Below, in pieces: positions 1 through 14,010 of a stretch of 64,000 nucleotides of DNA (its first letter is position 1; the number at the start of each line of letters is the position of its first letter). The notes below the pieces were generated by a model. It ran no database searches, had not been told where the DNA came from, and saw only the letters and a list, made by a program, of their open reading frames with translations. The DNA is taken from assembly GCA_965644265.1 (NCBI GenBank), contig OZ286461.1, forward strand, positions 62,248,001 through 62,312,000, in the 5' to 3' direction. This DNA comes from Glycera tridactyla (Eukaryota). A program made the translations under genes and the position numbers.

Positions 1-143
1 CACGATCATTTCACCGACAAGCGAGGACGAAAAGCGAGTCATGAAACAAAAACAAGAGGCATATTTACTCTTGGCATCAGCCTTGGGTGATGAGCCAAGC
101 GATGATGTGGTGATTGTACGGCCGCCGTCCCCAGAAGAACGAG
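1..143 (+). CDS. Coding exon, 5'-truncated by the window edge (TIISPTSEDEKRVMKQKQEAYLLLASALGDEPSDDVVIVRPPSPEER-)
   Basis: Open frame from nt 2 with acidic/Pro-rich composition and higher GC than the following DNA. GAG|GTAGCA donor at 143/144, phase 1, joins in frame to the acceptor at 3893 (G+AT = Asp). Confidence 0.65.
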
Positions 144-1625
144 GTAGCAGACCCAGACATTGTTGTGCTTTCAGTCTAGCACTGTTGTAGTTCCATCGTT
201 GCTCAGCTTGCATGGGTGTTGTCACTTGTCATCGAGATGTTCTTCTTGATATATTTTCACTTTTTTTTCAACTTTCTTCACAGGTGTTTTCATCACACTA
301 ATCACAGTGGTTCTTTGGGATGTCTACTTCTGTTTCAGTGATCTTTGCACATTTTTCAGCATGGTGTATACTCTATATATACCAGGCTTTTGTTGAGTTC
401 ACTTCACTTTTTCTGATATTTTTTCTTTTTTCTTTTGCTGTAGAAGATTTTTCAAAACCCTCCTGACATGGTAGTCCCGTTAAAAAAGATCTCCTTCATG
501 ATCTCTATACAATTTTGGCTGTATCATGATAGAATTTTACATCATGCCATTATAACTTTCTGGCGGTTTTAGTTCATGAGATCTGTCTTACATCAGTGAG
601 GGACTGTGAGTGAAACTGGATTGTCTTAGCTTAATTTGGAATTTTTGAAAAAAAAAAGAAACAGTTTTATAACATTTTGTAGCATCTAATCTCACTCAGT
701 GTATTGAACCACATGATTTTCTTACTCAGTCAGTTTCATTTGTGAGAATTTGTCACTTTTGACACGTCATTACCAAAAAAGCAGGTCACCTCATTGTGGC
801 ATAATTGTTACTTTTTTTCGGACTGGATTGCAGATAGTACCACCATAAATTTTGAGAATATACATCATCACTATCATAACATTTAATTGATGGCGTCCTC
901 ATGATTCGAACTTATAAAGACAATTTGCTAGTCATGAAAATCAGAATAAATGGTTATTTGATCCCAAATACTAAGATGAAAATCATGTGGCTGGGAGTTC
1001 AAGTTGAAGACAAAGAAAGTTGAAAGTTGATTCATTTTGTGTGTGTATCTGTTAGGTGTGTGTGTTTAGTTTACATAGTGTGGGTATAACCTATGTGTTG
1101 TGTGAGTTGTAGTCTGGTATGCACCTATTGGCAATGATTGGAAACAGTGTGCTGATCGTTATGAGTTGGAAGAGGATGGATAGAAACTAAATTTAGCGAT
1201 GTGAAACCTGCCATGGGAGACTGCCCGAAATGTGACTCACCAACCACTGGTCTCTTGCTAATTATATCAGGGGTGGACTCTCACCGGTGTCATTGTCAAG
1301 TCTGTCAGGAAGAACTGCCTCTCATTGGACGCATTTCAGAAAGCAGTCTCCTATTGGAGGTCAATAGGTTGATTGGATTTATTAGTATTGTGAGATATTA
1401 TTCACCACAATATCTGATGACAACTATGAACAGCTCTGTGTGAGCCAAATTCATTGTGATGAACAGAGCCTTCTGGATAAGCCTTTTTAAGAACTGACGC
1501 AACCCTCCAGTCTTATATAACCCTTTCTGGGTTGAAGAGAAGTTAATCATTATTCAGTCAGCCAATATCACAATGCAATTATTTGAATCCTGCCTATTCA
1601 GATAACTCCAACGAGAATGATTCTC

Positions 1626-1678
1626 TGATTGTTTGACTGATTGATTGAGTGATCGAATGATTGATTGATTGATTGATT
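1626..1678. repeat. (GATT)n microsatellite, partly degenerate
   Basis: TGATTGATTGATTGATTGATT at 1658-1678 with degenerate copies upstream. Confidence 0.9.
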
Positions 1679-3892
1679 TGTGTTGTTGCACCATATCATG
1701 TACCAGTTGGCCTTACCTTGAGCACGAGTTTATCGCTTCCATCTTGTCATGCTGCATGCTCCGTGTTCGATCTCCCTACCTTCACCTGCATGTCTTTGTT
1801 TGCACGCTCATGTTCTTGTGGTGGTTCATCAAATTCCTTGTAGAAAACTTGTAAGTTATTATTAGTTCTGTTTAAAATTATGAGAAATGTATGGTGGGAA
1901 GATTTTTTGAATGCTGAAGTCAAGAAGATTGACTTTTCTTCATCATTGTCCTGTTTAGAAGTCTTTTCCCATATGCTAATATTGGAATTATGGCTGTCTT
2001 TGGTAATTATAAGGGGATTTCCCATGCAATGCTACCCCCTATCTCCAGTATTTTTTGCCTGATATAATTCAGTTAGGCTGCTACAAAGTGAAATTCAAGG
2101 AAATGAAGCACCAAATAAACATGCATCCTTTATCCTTGAGATATTGAGATGTAGTGATCAGAGTGAGTGGTTGCTCCAAGGGCATGATGTGACTCAAAAG
2201 AATCGACAGTCCATCTCTTCCAAGTTCACTCCATCAACATGTCAATGATGGAAATGCTTTGACATCACTTTTAAGATAATTGATGTGGATGGGTTGAAAA
2301 TTGGGGTCGAAAAATATAGAATAAAAAATAGTCATATTGAGGATCATTGATCAGTGGTCCGAAGACGCTGCTTGGAATTTGCAATGGTTGCTTCCTTTCT
2401 GATGGTGACATATACCACAGGTGTGTAACCAGCATTTCGCGAAAATTGCTTCTATAGTATTACAGGTAGTTACGTTCGAAGGAAATTAGAAGAATCTGCC
2501 ATGATAACATGTGTTTGTGCTAATTGTCTGACCCACCCATACCTCACCAGATGCCATGCTTAATCATGGCGAGATTTATCATACACTTGTTATATTTCTT
2601 TGAATGCAATATTGAATACACTCTGCACAATATGGTCTACATTTTGCTGAAGTATTATTGCACGCTGGACTTTGTGATCGCTGGCAGATGCCATGGGTTT
2701 CATGAAAAATGACCTATTGCAACTGCATGCCCCTAGTGCTAGTTTGTTTGAGTGAAATGACCCAGCAAGCGCTGCATATGCTGATTTCAATTATTAGGCA
2801 TGGGTTTTCCATTCTAAACCCCAGAAAATTGATAAATTGGTAATTCTTCCTGAAAAAGTTGCAACTTCAAAATCACTATTGTTTTCACATAGCTTGATTG
2901 TGTGAAAGCATATCCCAGCTATTTGACAGTATTCCTTGTATGACAGGCTCAAATTATCAACTGTCAATCAAGTATTCTCTTCATATTAGACCTATCTCAG
3001 TCAGAAATTTCTGACCCATTACTCAAGATTTTTGTGGATTAATTCAGTTCCCTATCCCAGCTTACTGAGGTGCACTCAGATGCAGAGAATATCACTGATA
3101 AAACAAATATAATTGGTGTAATTCATGGTCAAGTTCTTGGTTAAATACTCAGGGCTGACCTTCAGAACTGTTCGTTTATTTACAACAGTTTCTGACAGGT
3201 TCTGTTCAACTTTCTCACATTGTCTGAAAAATTGTTTGCAGGAAGTTATATGTACACATTTCCTTCATTTGGCATTTCAAATGTCAGCCTCTACTTGCAT
3301 TTTGATATCCATTTTAAGAAATCACTTGCTCATGATTTTCTCTTGACCTGCAGCCTGTGCGATACCCATCATTAGTTTTTTTATGTTTATTCTGCAGAGC
3401 ATGTCACAGACACATATGTGAATTCAAAATTGAGATGATTCTTCCGGTTGTTATGTCTTTTCTTCTGAAAGCCAGAGTGTCATTCTGATTGTTGAGTTCA
3501 CCTAGATTGCTGTGAGACTTGCCTTGGTATCTCCTTATTACCTCTGCCACGTGTTCAATTCTCTGATATATGAATTTTTTTAAACATCTACTGGATGATG
3601 CTGGAAAATAATTTCACTTCCAAAGCTGTGTATGTAACAGCACCATCAACATGAAGAGTGAGTTCACTGTTGAAGACATGATCTGCTATTGGATCAGAAC
3701 TGATACCAAGTATAATTTTGTCGGAATTGTCACAAGAGGCTTAGCTGGAAGTTCATCGCTGAGTTTCAATTGACGGTATGATGGGTGTTGGCACATCGCT
3801 AGATGTATTGTATCAGTCAATGCTGCCGGTGTGTTTTTGCATGTTTCGAATTGCCGGCCTCTGCAAGCTATTTCCTACTAACTTCTTTACAG

Positions 3893-4057
3893 ATGCGGCC
3901 GTCGAGGAGCCCATCTCTGAAGCCAAACACACACCTGAAGAGCCCGAACCCATGGAAGAATTAATCGAGCGGATAGAGGGTACAAAAGTACATGGGATGG
4001 ATGACCGGATGTCATTCTCCAGTGAAGAAGATCTTGTCATTACTGACAGCAAAAAAG
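3893..4057 (+). CDS. Internal exon, 165 nt (DAAVEEPISEAKHTPEEPEPMEELIERIEGTKVHGMDDRMSFSSEEDLVITDSKK-)
   Basis: TACTAAC at 3876-3882 and CTTCTTTACAG acceptor; AAG|GTACAG donor. Phase 1-1, 55 codons, acidic. An alternative in-frame donor GAGG|GTACAA lies at 3979/3980. Confidence 0.8.
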
Positions 4058-6036
4058 GTACAGCTAGAGCACCCCTTGGTGGTGGCAAAATTGAACATTC
4101 GTGGGGGGAATGGTTTCAGCTTCATTCTTTACACCCTTTTCATGCTGTTAATACATTAATATATGCTCTGTTGGTATTTGTTTTTCTACTAGTACAATTT
4201 GGCTTTGTAATATGATGAGACTGTCACAGTTTTTCATGTTCTGTTGGCAGTAATTTCCTATTCTCCAAACGATGGAGAAGCATATTTTTGAAATTGATTT
4301 AATACATCAGTGTTTCATGCGTTTGATATATTAAATTTATTTCATCAGTCTCATATACTCCACTCAGGGTTGAAGAGACATTAAACGTTACTAGTCATTG
4401 TGCATTGTTATGGTTTCTATATATGATGAAGCTGTTGTGACCGACAGGCCTTGTTTGTTAAACTGTGACAGTGCAATCATCAGGCATTCTACCTAATATA
4501 AGCATTGACACGATCATGCCTCAATGTATGATGTCTTTACAGAATGGCTTATGAAACTTGCTCTGAATATACATGCCAGTATCTTCCTCTAATGGCAGTT
4601 TGCTCTAATATTTATAATTGCATTTGCTGTGAAATTTACATCTGCTAAAACAATTGCATGAGCTGATATTGGAAACTGATGAATGCATGCAATTGCATGA
4701 ATGCACTGATAAGGATACATTCATGGTGAGTGTGTGAGGTTTTGCTTGATGACATTTGTGCATTTGACATGATTGGATATGTCAAGTCCTAAAAGGCATG
4801 TGATGTAATAAGTGTGATGTGAAAGTGCACATGGTTGGCTCTAATACATGGATCTGATTGGGTGATGTGAAAGGATGTATGATTGGTTATTGGTATAAAC
4901 ATTTCTGAATGAATCTGTTGGTTTGCTGGCAAACTGGTACAAGACAGTTGGCTCAAAGAAATGTCTTGTCACACATGATTGGTCACAAGACAGATTTAAG
5001 AGAGTATGCACTTGGCTGAGAGGAATGTCTTCTCGCACCTGATTGGTTGATATGGAAGAATGTTCCTTATTGGTTTGGAAAAACAGATTGGCTATAACTA
5101 ACTTTTTGTTTGTGGCAATTGTATTTTGGAGCACATATTACATGTGCTGGCTGGAGTTTGTGCTTTTCAACCAATGGTTCAAGTATATACATTTGTATCT
5201 TGAACCACGGCATTGCTTACTTCATAAGATCTGACACTAGATTTTTCTCTCAGTTTGCTGTTCTGGTGGTAGTGCATGAATGGAAGTGTGAGTGATTAAG
5301 TTAACAGTGTGAAAGCATGAGCAGGTGTGCGCCAGTTTTGGTGTGTGAATGTGTGAATAACTCACAGCCTCATATGGTGTAACAAATACGGTCATCATGA
5401 AATTCACTCACTAGTCAACAATCAAACATTTTTGTAAATAGAGATCTCAAATGCCAAAATTGTAATTTGAACTGTGAACAATCCCAAGACAAAAGGTACC
5501 TGCTTCCTACTTAATGTGTGGACTTTTTTGCAGTGCAGAGACTTCAATAATATACTAGTATTACAAGATATATACATATATAAATGTTTTAATTGACTTG
5601 TTAATCATGTACATTATAATATTCTTGATATTAATATACTGTTATTTACAGACTATATTTATGACTGTTTTTGTTATGCCCTGTATATTGAATACCAAGT
5701 ATTCAATACCAGTAGTGATTTGCCCCATTTCATTGACTTTATGGGCTCTCTTATGTGCACCCAACATAATTCTAATTCCCCTGCATGTTCACTACATGAA
5801 GTATGTGGATCTCTCAACTGAGCATTAATACAGGTGGTCAATTTAGCTAAATGGTCATTGAAATCAATTGGCGGTAGCTGCTTGGAGTGGTTGTTGCTTT
5901 CCAAGAATGTAATTGGAAGTTGAAGGACAGCTTCCATCCTTTATTCTGTCTGGAGACTGCTATCAGCTTGGCCTAGCGTCATTTAATATAAAGTATAAAT
6001 TGAGTATGTATAAAGTTGTTTGAATTGTAAAGAAAT

Positions 6037-6061
6037 AACAAACAAACAAACAAACAAACAA
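6037..6061. repeat. (AAAC)n microsatellite
   Basis: About 6 perfect copies. Confidence 0.9.
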
Positions 6062-6266
6062 TTGAAAATTAGATTACTTCGACAGCAACATCGTACCAAA
6101 ATTTTATTTGAAATTGCAGTCATGAAGTAAGGAACGCATGACAGTGTAATTAACCTTTTTTGCCAAGTTATTTATTATGAAATTATCCTCCAGTCATCAT
6201 GAGATAGTTTGACTACCACATGCACAAGAGGGTTATGGTATTTCAAAATATTTTTTTATAATGGTG

Positions 6267-6453
6267 CAGAGATGCCAACCATTACGATTTTGGAGTAATG
6301 ATTACTACTTTTTAGGCACAAGTTATGCATTTTACGCATAATATTACTCCAAGAAATTCAAAATTTTCTATTCGATCATTAAAAATACTACCATCATTAC
6401 TCTCAAGATTTTGCATCATCAGTATTTTTGGTCATCATAAGTTGGCATCCCTG
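6267..6453. mobile_element. 187-bp MITE, hAT-like termini, 6-bp flanking direct repeat
   Basis: TIRs CAGAGATGCCAAC / GTTGGCATCCCTG (12/13 match), subterminal inverted GAGTAATGAT / ATCATTACTC, and ATGGTG on both flanks (6261-6266, 6454-6459). Confidence 0.7.
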
Positions 6454-8708
6454 ATGGTGGTCGATATCTCCCCTAGGAATCCATTTGAAATGTAATTTTA
6501 CAAATTCACATTTTTGTGCATTGTCACCTATTTTCTCATAATTATCATTTCCTGATTTATTTGTGATACACTGTAATAAGTTTCCACATATTTTCATGTG
6601 ATCTAACATTTTTGACATCCTGATTTGTTTGAGGTCAAACATCAAATGTCTTCAACTAGCATGCAACATGATATTTTTTGTTCTTTAGCCATGCTCTGTG
6701 CTCAAAATGCCTATGCAAGTCAGGGGTTTCGTCCTTGTACTTCTTTGTTCGACTTGAATCAAAATATGAATCTGGAATTTTGTGATAGGATGAATCATTA
6801 AGGATTCTCTCTGTGACATGTTATGTGATCTTATTGGTGACCTCTATGATCTGCAATTCACCCATCTCTCCATGGTGATGAATACATTGTTAGCCATCAC
6901 ATTATGGGTGATATGGTATACAAAAAAAAGATCATTATAAGTCGCTAATATTCTGGTACAAGCACAGATATATGACAAATTATTTCAGCTCCACATGTCT
7001 GTTCATGTTGAGTAGGTAGAGGTGTGCCTGAACCATCAGCTACTTCCACTTGACAATCTCTCAGGTTCCCCATCATCTTGTGTTCAGGTTTTATGTGAGT
7101 GATGCCTGCAGGGGACAGAACATCTAGCTTTCATTGACCAGGAACACATGGCATACATAATCCTTTGGGTTGATACATGCTGTTAAACATCAAATGATCA
7201 ATCAACCACATCATATGACATTTGACTGGCCATTTAGATTTTCAGCCAAAGGACTCCCCTTTGAATGTATTCTCTTGGAACCTGTGACATTATTTGATGT
7301 TTGACCTTTTCACTGTTGAATCTGACCAATACTTCCTTCTCATTTGATTAACTCTTATTTGAGGTATAAGTTGTTCAACAGTAACATCTTATTTCTTGCT
7401 TTCTCCTAATTTGTAACCACAAATTGACAAGAGCATGTCATGTTTTCACTCATGAATGCTTGAAGTCTCTCTGAAGATGGATATTCATCGATAGATCTCA
7501 CAAACTTGGATCATGATAGCATTCTAGGAAATTGGATCAATTTGTGATTTCATGTTAATTGAACTAGATGATCATCTCGTTGTTACAATTTTTGAAAAAA
7601 GATATTTTCATCCCATAGCGGAAGTTTCATTCACATCTGATCTTAATGAATATCTATCTTGATCCTCTCATGCATTTAATATTCACTTGCCTGAGTAATT
7701 TCATTTGAATGTTCATATTGAAGAATTTAAATGACATTTTGATCTTCGCTCATCCTTCATTGATCTGTTAGTGAAGGCCATATGATTGATTGGATCATAT
7801 TCGTTTATAAGATGATGAAGTTTTCATAACATCACTGTTGATTGAGTGCATTCATAGAGTTGTATCCTCAAAATGATTTGGTTTTTAACAGTCATTTAAG
7901 AGTTATGACTTCCTCATAACGATTTGTTTCTTTTCCAAATGTTAAGTGAAATGATGTTTGATATTGAACTCATCTCTTGTTGTTGAAACATGTTGAATAG
8001 TTAATCTCATGTTGATCTTGTTGATATACTGCACAAGATTGTGTGTATATATGCTGTTCCCACAAGAGCCCTACCGACATAAACAATCACATCAACTATA
8101 CTCTGGATTAGAATTTACTAGACCATTTGAGTTGTATCATCTCTCAGACAACAGTTAACGACATGCATTGCATGACCACAACTGATCTCAAAATAAATTG
8201 AGTCAGTCCAGAATAGCCGTTCTCAAATCAAACTAGTATTTTGATGGTCTTTTCAAGTGTTTTTCATCCTGCATCATCCATTGCCATCAGACTAATTCAT
8301 CTGATGTGAGTCTCTCTCCAACAGGAATGACATATAATTTTAGGATTTTTATACATGATATAATCCAGGATAGATGCTACTGATTTCTACGGTAAAATCA
8401 GCAATTAATTTCATCTTCTGTAGTGCATTATACAATTTGATATATATTTCTATATATCTTAGTCTTTGTTCCATCATTGACTGAGGAGTCTCTGGTCTTG
8501 GTCTATTCCCGAACGCAACAGGTGCAGACTTTTGCAGCACCGACTTGTGGGATGGAATATTGGTCAATTCAATGTTGCTGACTGGGCTTTCCTAAGTGCA
8601 GTCATGTATAGTCTGTAGGCCACTTCGTGGGAAGAGTAGATATATACAAACAGTCATTGCATCTTTCTCGCACCATATTTGGCACGGGGTTTGTTCTTTT
8701 CCTTCCAG

Positions 8709-8786
8709 ATGGGGTGCACAAGAAACAGCTTCCCACCAAGACCAAGACACCCCCTCCTAGTCCTACCGACCGCGCCAGACCCCAAG
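8709..8786 (+). CDS. Internal exon, 78 nt (DGVHKKQLPTKTKTPPPSPTDRARPQ-)
   Basis: TTTGTTCTTTTCCTTCCAG acceptor and CAAG|GTATTC donor. Phase 1-1, 26 codons, GC-rich, basic Pro-rich peptide. Confidence 0.75.
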
Positions 8787-9995
8787 GTATTCTCATCTCT
8801 GCTTTTTCTTCCTCCTTCTTAGACTGCGGCTACCCCGTGTAGCACCCCTGGTCTAAATGACACTGCGAGCGCACCCGTCTTTATGTGGTGTTGGCCTCCT
8901 CTTCTAGCTTCCTAGTTCTCACTTCCCTCACACTAGCTTCTATCTTACTAGTTTTGGACATAGCAAAATTACTTCTATCATCACCTATTCGTTCACTTTT
9001 CTATCCAAGTAATTGCATTTTGATTTTTTTTCAGAGTAATTTGGGATTTTTATATATGTTTTGGTCACTTGCCTCTGTTGTGATTATTTATGTTCTGATT
9101 GTGGGAGCAACATAAGTCGTGCAGTTTGTACACACTACAATTTTTTGTTTGTATGGTTACATGATGTCAGAATCATGGTGGTGATAAAAAGCAACAATGT
9201 CTGTGACTGATGAGTCACTAATGTCAGTCAGTGAATGATGCATCTTTGAATTGGATGTAAAAGTCTTGATATTGTCCCATGGTAATCATAAGACTTCTGG
9301 ATCTTGTGAGATCAAATAATGCTTGGGATGATCAAAATTTTGTTACACTCAGGATCTTCGGTGTGTCGAAGGTAACATGCACTGACGCAATGGTTGCTTC
9401 GAGCCATGTCAATATCAGCAAGTTGTCAGTCATTGTGAAAGTTGTTTGGAATATTCCTGAATGTCGATCTGGTTATAATTGTCCATCTATGGAAGAGATA
9501 ATCATCAGCTCGTCTGAATCATTATTCTGTATTTGACGTTAATTATCATGAAATATAAATATTGATGAAAGCAGGATGAAACTCGGTGTGGCGTTTTCAT
9601 TTCTTACATGTACGCCATCACGGATGCTATGTTTGAGAGCGTGTACTCACTGTGTCAGATGTTGCCCCACATTCATGAGTTCTCATGTGGCAATGCCGGT
9701 CACATCTCCACTGTTTTCGTTTTGTCTTTATTTGTTGAATAAAAGGTGAATGAATGTCTTTGTAGGCTGATGAACGATACATATCAATCTATGGTCTACT
9801 AATTGAATATGATAATTTCCATGGACTACACTGAATTGAGTCTCCATATTTTAGGTTATAGCAGCTCAAAGTTTGTCGGCGGGAAACAAGAAGTGCCTCC
9901 TGTCAGACAGACATTTGCTATTCCCCCTAATTGATTACCCTTCCGTGTGTCTATAACTGACCTATTTTCCATCTAATTTTTATGTTTGCTTGAAG

Positions 9996-10130
9996 ACTAC
10001 ATAGTTGAGGATTCTAATTTTGGTCAGCCAGTGGACTTTGTGGATGAGCTGCTGCCATTGTTTGCGGAATCGGTGCTGGCGGGGCCAGTGCGCCAGCTTC
10101 CACTAACCGAGCACTCAGTTCGATATCGAG
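9996..10130 (+). CDS. Probable internal exon, 135 nt (DYIVEDSNFGQPVDFVDELLPLFAESVLAGPVRQLPLTEHSVRYR-)
   Basis: T-rich tract followed by TTGAAG acceptor; CGAG|GTTGGA donor. Phase 1-1, 45 codons, locally GC-rich. Both splice sites are moderate. Confidence 0.55.
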
Positions 10131-11841
10131 GTTGGAGAGAATGCCTCTCTTGCATCAGGAGTGGATCTGTGTCTCTGTTGTTTCTGCCCCTACTAACTCA
10201 TATATCTGGTTCTAGTGCAAGGAGTCCTTAACAACAGCAAGATAAAAATATACCCAAAAAGAAAATTCATAATCATTACAAGGACTGGGGTGTAAGTTTG
10301 GTCTGAGTGGACTCATTTGCGTCATGAGTGATTTAAAGAAACACATATGATATGAATGGAACCATATTTCATGATACACTTTTGGAATTTCCAAAATGTA
10401 TGTTCAGAAATCTTCTCCCACTTTTTGTACTATTCAACATGTTCAATCATTCAGTGGTTGCAAGAATACAATTTTTCCAATTCTAGAAGTCATATTTCAC
10501 TGTGGAGGTGGAGAAAAGATATTTTTGTGATGTGGTCATTCTCCATTAAAGTGCAGTAAATTAGGCTTGAAATGCATTTTTAGGAATTCATATCAGCGTG
10601 CCGGGGGACCAGTTGCATTCATTCGAAATCCAACCAGTTTGCAAGAAGAGTGAATCCGTCATTTTGCATGATTTTCCTCTCGTTTGTTTTTATTAGGAAT
10701 TTTCTTTTCAAAAGGTGTCTCAGGGGAGGGTTCATCAATCTTTTATTCACATTTACAGTTTCATCTATAGGTCTCATGAACTTTCTTGATCTTGCTTCAG
10801 TTTCTGGTCCGTCTTGCTCTTAGCATCTTTACAGGATCATCTTTGTAAATTAGTGATGGGTGTTTTTGGTAGTAAGAATGATCATTATTCTCAGGATTCG
10901 GTTTGTTATACCTATGTGTCAACCCCCATACACAATACAAGTACGGTTTACAAACAAGACATAAGAGAGATTAGCTGCTAGGAATCACCGAATATTCTGG
11001 CATCATTGCAAACTTTTTCGGATCATAAGATTTGTTTATGCCATGTCAGGTATTGTTTGTCCTGAATAGTGATGATTTTTGAATGTCCCACCTTGCTATG
11101 TGACCCTCTTGTATGTATTTGTACCAACTTCTGACATAGATTTCATGAAACGACCTGCTCAGAATGCCCCATTCTTTACATCTTTAGTATATTTTGCATT
11201 TAGTTTATTGACTTTTCTCTGCTTTAACAACTTCAGCTAGGGTACTTCCTACTGCCTCAGAGAAACATTCATTAAGGCATTAAGGTTTTCTGATGTATTG
11301 ATAGAGCCTCTGTCCGGATCTATGTTGGTATCTAGAGGTCACTGTCACCATTGTTGACAATATGAAAATACGATTGAAATCTAACAACATTTTGGTTGTT
11401 GATTGCATTAATTTGACCAACTTGTCAATGGCCATTTTCACACATCATTTCTAGCGAGACGAAATATTGACACCATTCTGGTGAAACACCTACCAGGCCC
11501 AATACCACCTGAATCTGAATTTCTGACAAAGATGTTTGTTTTCTTTGAGGATAGAGGCTCTGTGAATGATCATCTCATGAAGAGTCAGGGTACCATGTTT
11601 GAGAGTAGGAAAGAGTGGTGCTGAATTGACGAAGACATGGCAACTTCAGTCATTGATGCACTGCTCTTTTTTCACATTCTGAGATTGGCTTTTTCCGTGG
11701 AGAGGTGGCGTTTGGAATGAATGCGATGTGATGTCAAATTTGTCTCTTGCTTTTCTTCCTGCTTCGTTTTTTCTGCTCCCCCCTGCCCATCATCATCATC
11801 CTCATTGACTCGGCAATGCTCTTGGTGGTTGGGTATAATAG

Positions 11842-11976
11842 AGGTCATCGTAAAGAGTAAGGCCCAGAAGGTGGAGGTTCAGCTAGAGAATGGCATGGAG
11901 GAATATTGGGACGGGGAAACATGGATCAGAGCTAGGACGCTACATCAAGTCACACCCCCTGACGAGCACCAGCAAG
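11842..11976 (+). CDS. Probable internal exon, 135 nt (EVIVKSKAQKVEVQLENGMEEYWDGETWIRARTLHQVTPPDEHQQ-)
   Basis: CAAG|GTAGAG donor, phase 1-1, 45 codons, protein-like composition. The acceptor (ATAATAG) is weak, with the pyrimidine tract displaced upstream. Confidence 0.5.
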
Positions 11977-13740
11977 GTAGAGGCACCTCATCATCATGAT
12001 CGCCGTCGCTTCGTCTTGCCCGGCCTTGTTGTTGTCAGTGTTCTCGATGTTGTGCTCACTCAAACTCTAGTAATTCTACACTTCTGATGAGATGGAAATG
12101 TTTTTGTCCAACTTTTATCTCCCGACCATCTTAGTAAACAAATCCTGTTTTTGAGGTCCAGTATTACCTACAGTTAAATCAGTTTCGGGCAAACACATTA
12201 GGGAGGACATAAATGTGTTTGCTCAAGACAGGCATGACTGTCGGTATTCAAAGATGGTGAATTCAAGCAAGTGTTTCCTCTTGCTCTGACTTATTTTCAC
12301 TTCATTCCAATCTCTCTATCTATCCTCCTTCCTTTCCTCTTTCTCTGATCTGTGGGCCAAATTCATAGTGCACTTGTTAGACAGTACTCCATAGTGCACT
12401 TGCTGGGGTTCTCAGCACTACACAAGTCACTGGTGACTAGTTAGTGAATACATGTTCTTTCCCAAGTTGGAATAAAATCACTTCATGTGAATTTTCCAAT
12501 TTGACTGTTGGAAATTATTCTTCTATGAAAATGAATGGATTTTCTGTGGCTCATCTCCTTATCACATATAGACAACTCAAAATTGGTAATCATTAAAGCA
12601 CATGAATCAAAATTGCTATCTTATAGATTTTCTTCCAAGAATTCTTATCACTTTGGAAGATTCACCTTTTGCTCCCGAATTCGTTCATTCTTCTTTTGTA
12701 GTATATGATGGCTTCAGTGTTTATTAGAACAACACAGACCATGAGATGAAACATTTATCCATCATATTATGATTCATTCTTTCTCATATTCATATCCAGG
12801 TATCTCATATTCAATTCACATTATGTACATTCTGAATATCAGAGGTAAATTGTATCAGTATGTATATAAGAAAGTATTCAATCTGTCAGATGAGCCATGT
12901 CTTGTTTTGAATAGTTCAGGATATGAATCTTAATAACTCTAGCAGCATCTCTATCTTAGTATCAGCCCGGGTGATGAATCCGTCAATGTGTCTGTGTGGT
13001 GTGTTGAGATGCATGAGTTGTCAGTGACATCCTGTTTGTGTGAACATATATGTATCCATGTTTCGTCACTTTGTCGTTCTCATCAGCTGTGTCTGATCAT
13101 CTACCATTATATCAATCTCACCGTCCTCTCTCTGTTTGATGTTGTACTCGTGTCCTTGTGGTACACATGTAAGACTTTGGAATATACAGGGTCGGGAATC
13201 ATTCGAACTGAATGAACCTCAACCTATGAATTTCGAAGGGATGCATGTTTACATCATCTATGTGTGTATACACATACATTTAGAGAATCAAATCGATGTT
13301 GTCTCATTGATAGACCTGAGAGGGTTGTACTGTCATGCCTTCCAGTCACATCTTATACATATCTTCAAGTTCTGTGTCTATCACTCAGCTGGTTGATGAA
13401 TGAAGACATGGATTTTGTAGACACCAAACTGTTTTGAGTCATTTATTTTGGTCTTCTTAAGAAGCACAAAATATAAAATGAATACACAAACTTTGGGCGG
13501 AAGGACATGTGAGGCATGACTTTTGATGGATTCATGGTATTTAGTGATGTTGCTTGTCGGTGAGATCTGTCTCGAGAATTGTTCGGATGGTTTGACCATG
13601 GTGTTTTGTTTTGTATGTACATCAAGTGGTTGTCTTGTCATTTCGGTGTTTTACCATACATTCTGCATGCTCAGATATACCAATGTCCATTTGCATGTAT
13701 TTCCATTATTATTGTTTTTTTTTATGATACAGGAGTGTTT

Positions 13741-13784
13741 GAGGGAAGGAGGGAGGGAGAGAGGGAGGGAGGGAGGGAGGGAGG
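13741..13784. repeat. (GGGA)n microsatellite, potential G-quadruplex
   Basis: GGGAGGGAGGGAGGGAGGG run. Confidence 0.9.
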
Positions 13785-14010
13785 TGTCAATCTTATGCAC
13801 TAAAGCCAGATAATGCTGCCAGATGGCACTGTTCAAAACCCGACTGACTACTAACCATCTCATACAATCCTTCACCCTGTTGACCTGCTACCGACTGTAC
13901 TTGAGTGATTCATGTTGAATATAATATTGAACTATGGTGTCCGTCAAATAGGAGATGTCCACAGACAGTCCAGTGGACATCCTCCAGATATCTGATGCTT
14001 TCTGGACTCT

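Noticed and set aside
8824-8842. Strong acceptor 37 nt after the 8786 donor giving DCGYPV-stop
   Set aside because: The intron would be too short from the 8786 donor, and there is no evidence for use as an alternative terminal exon.
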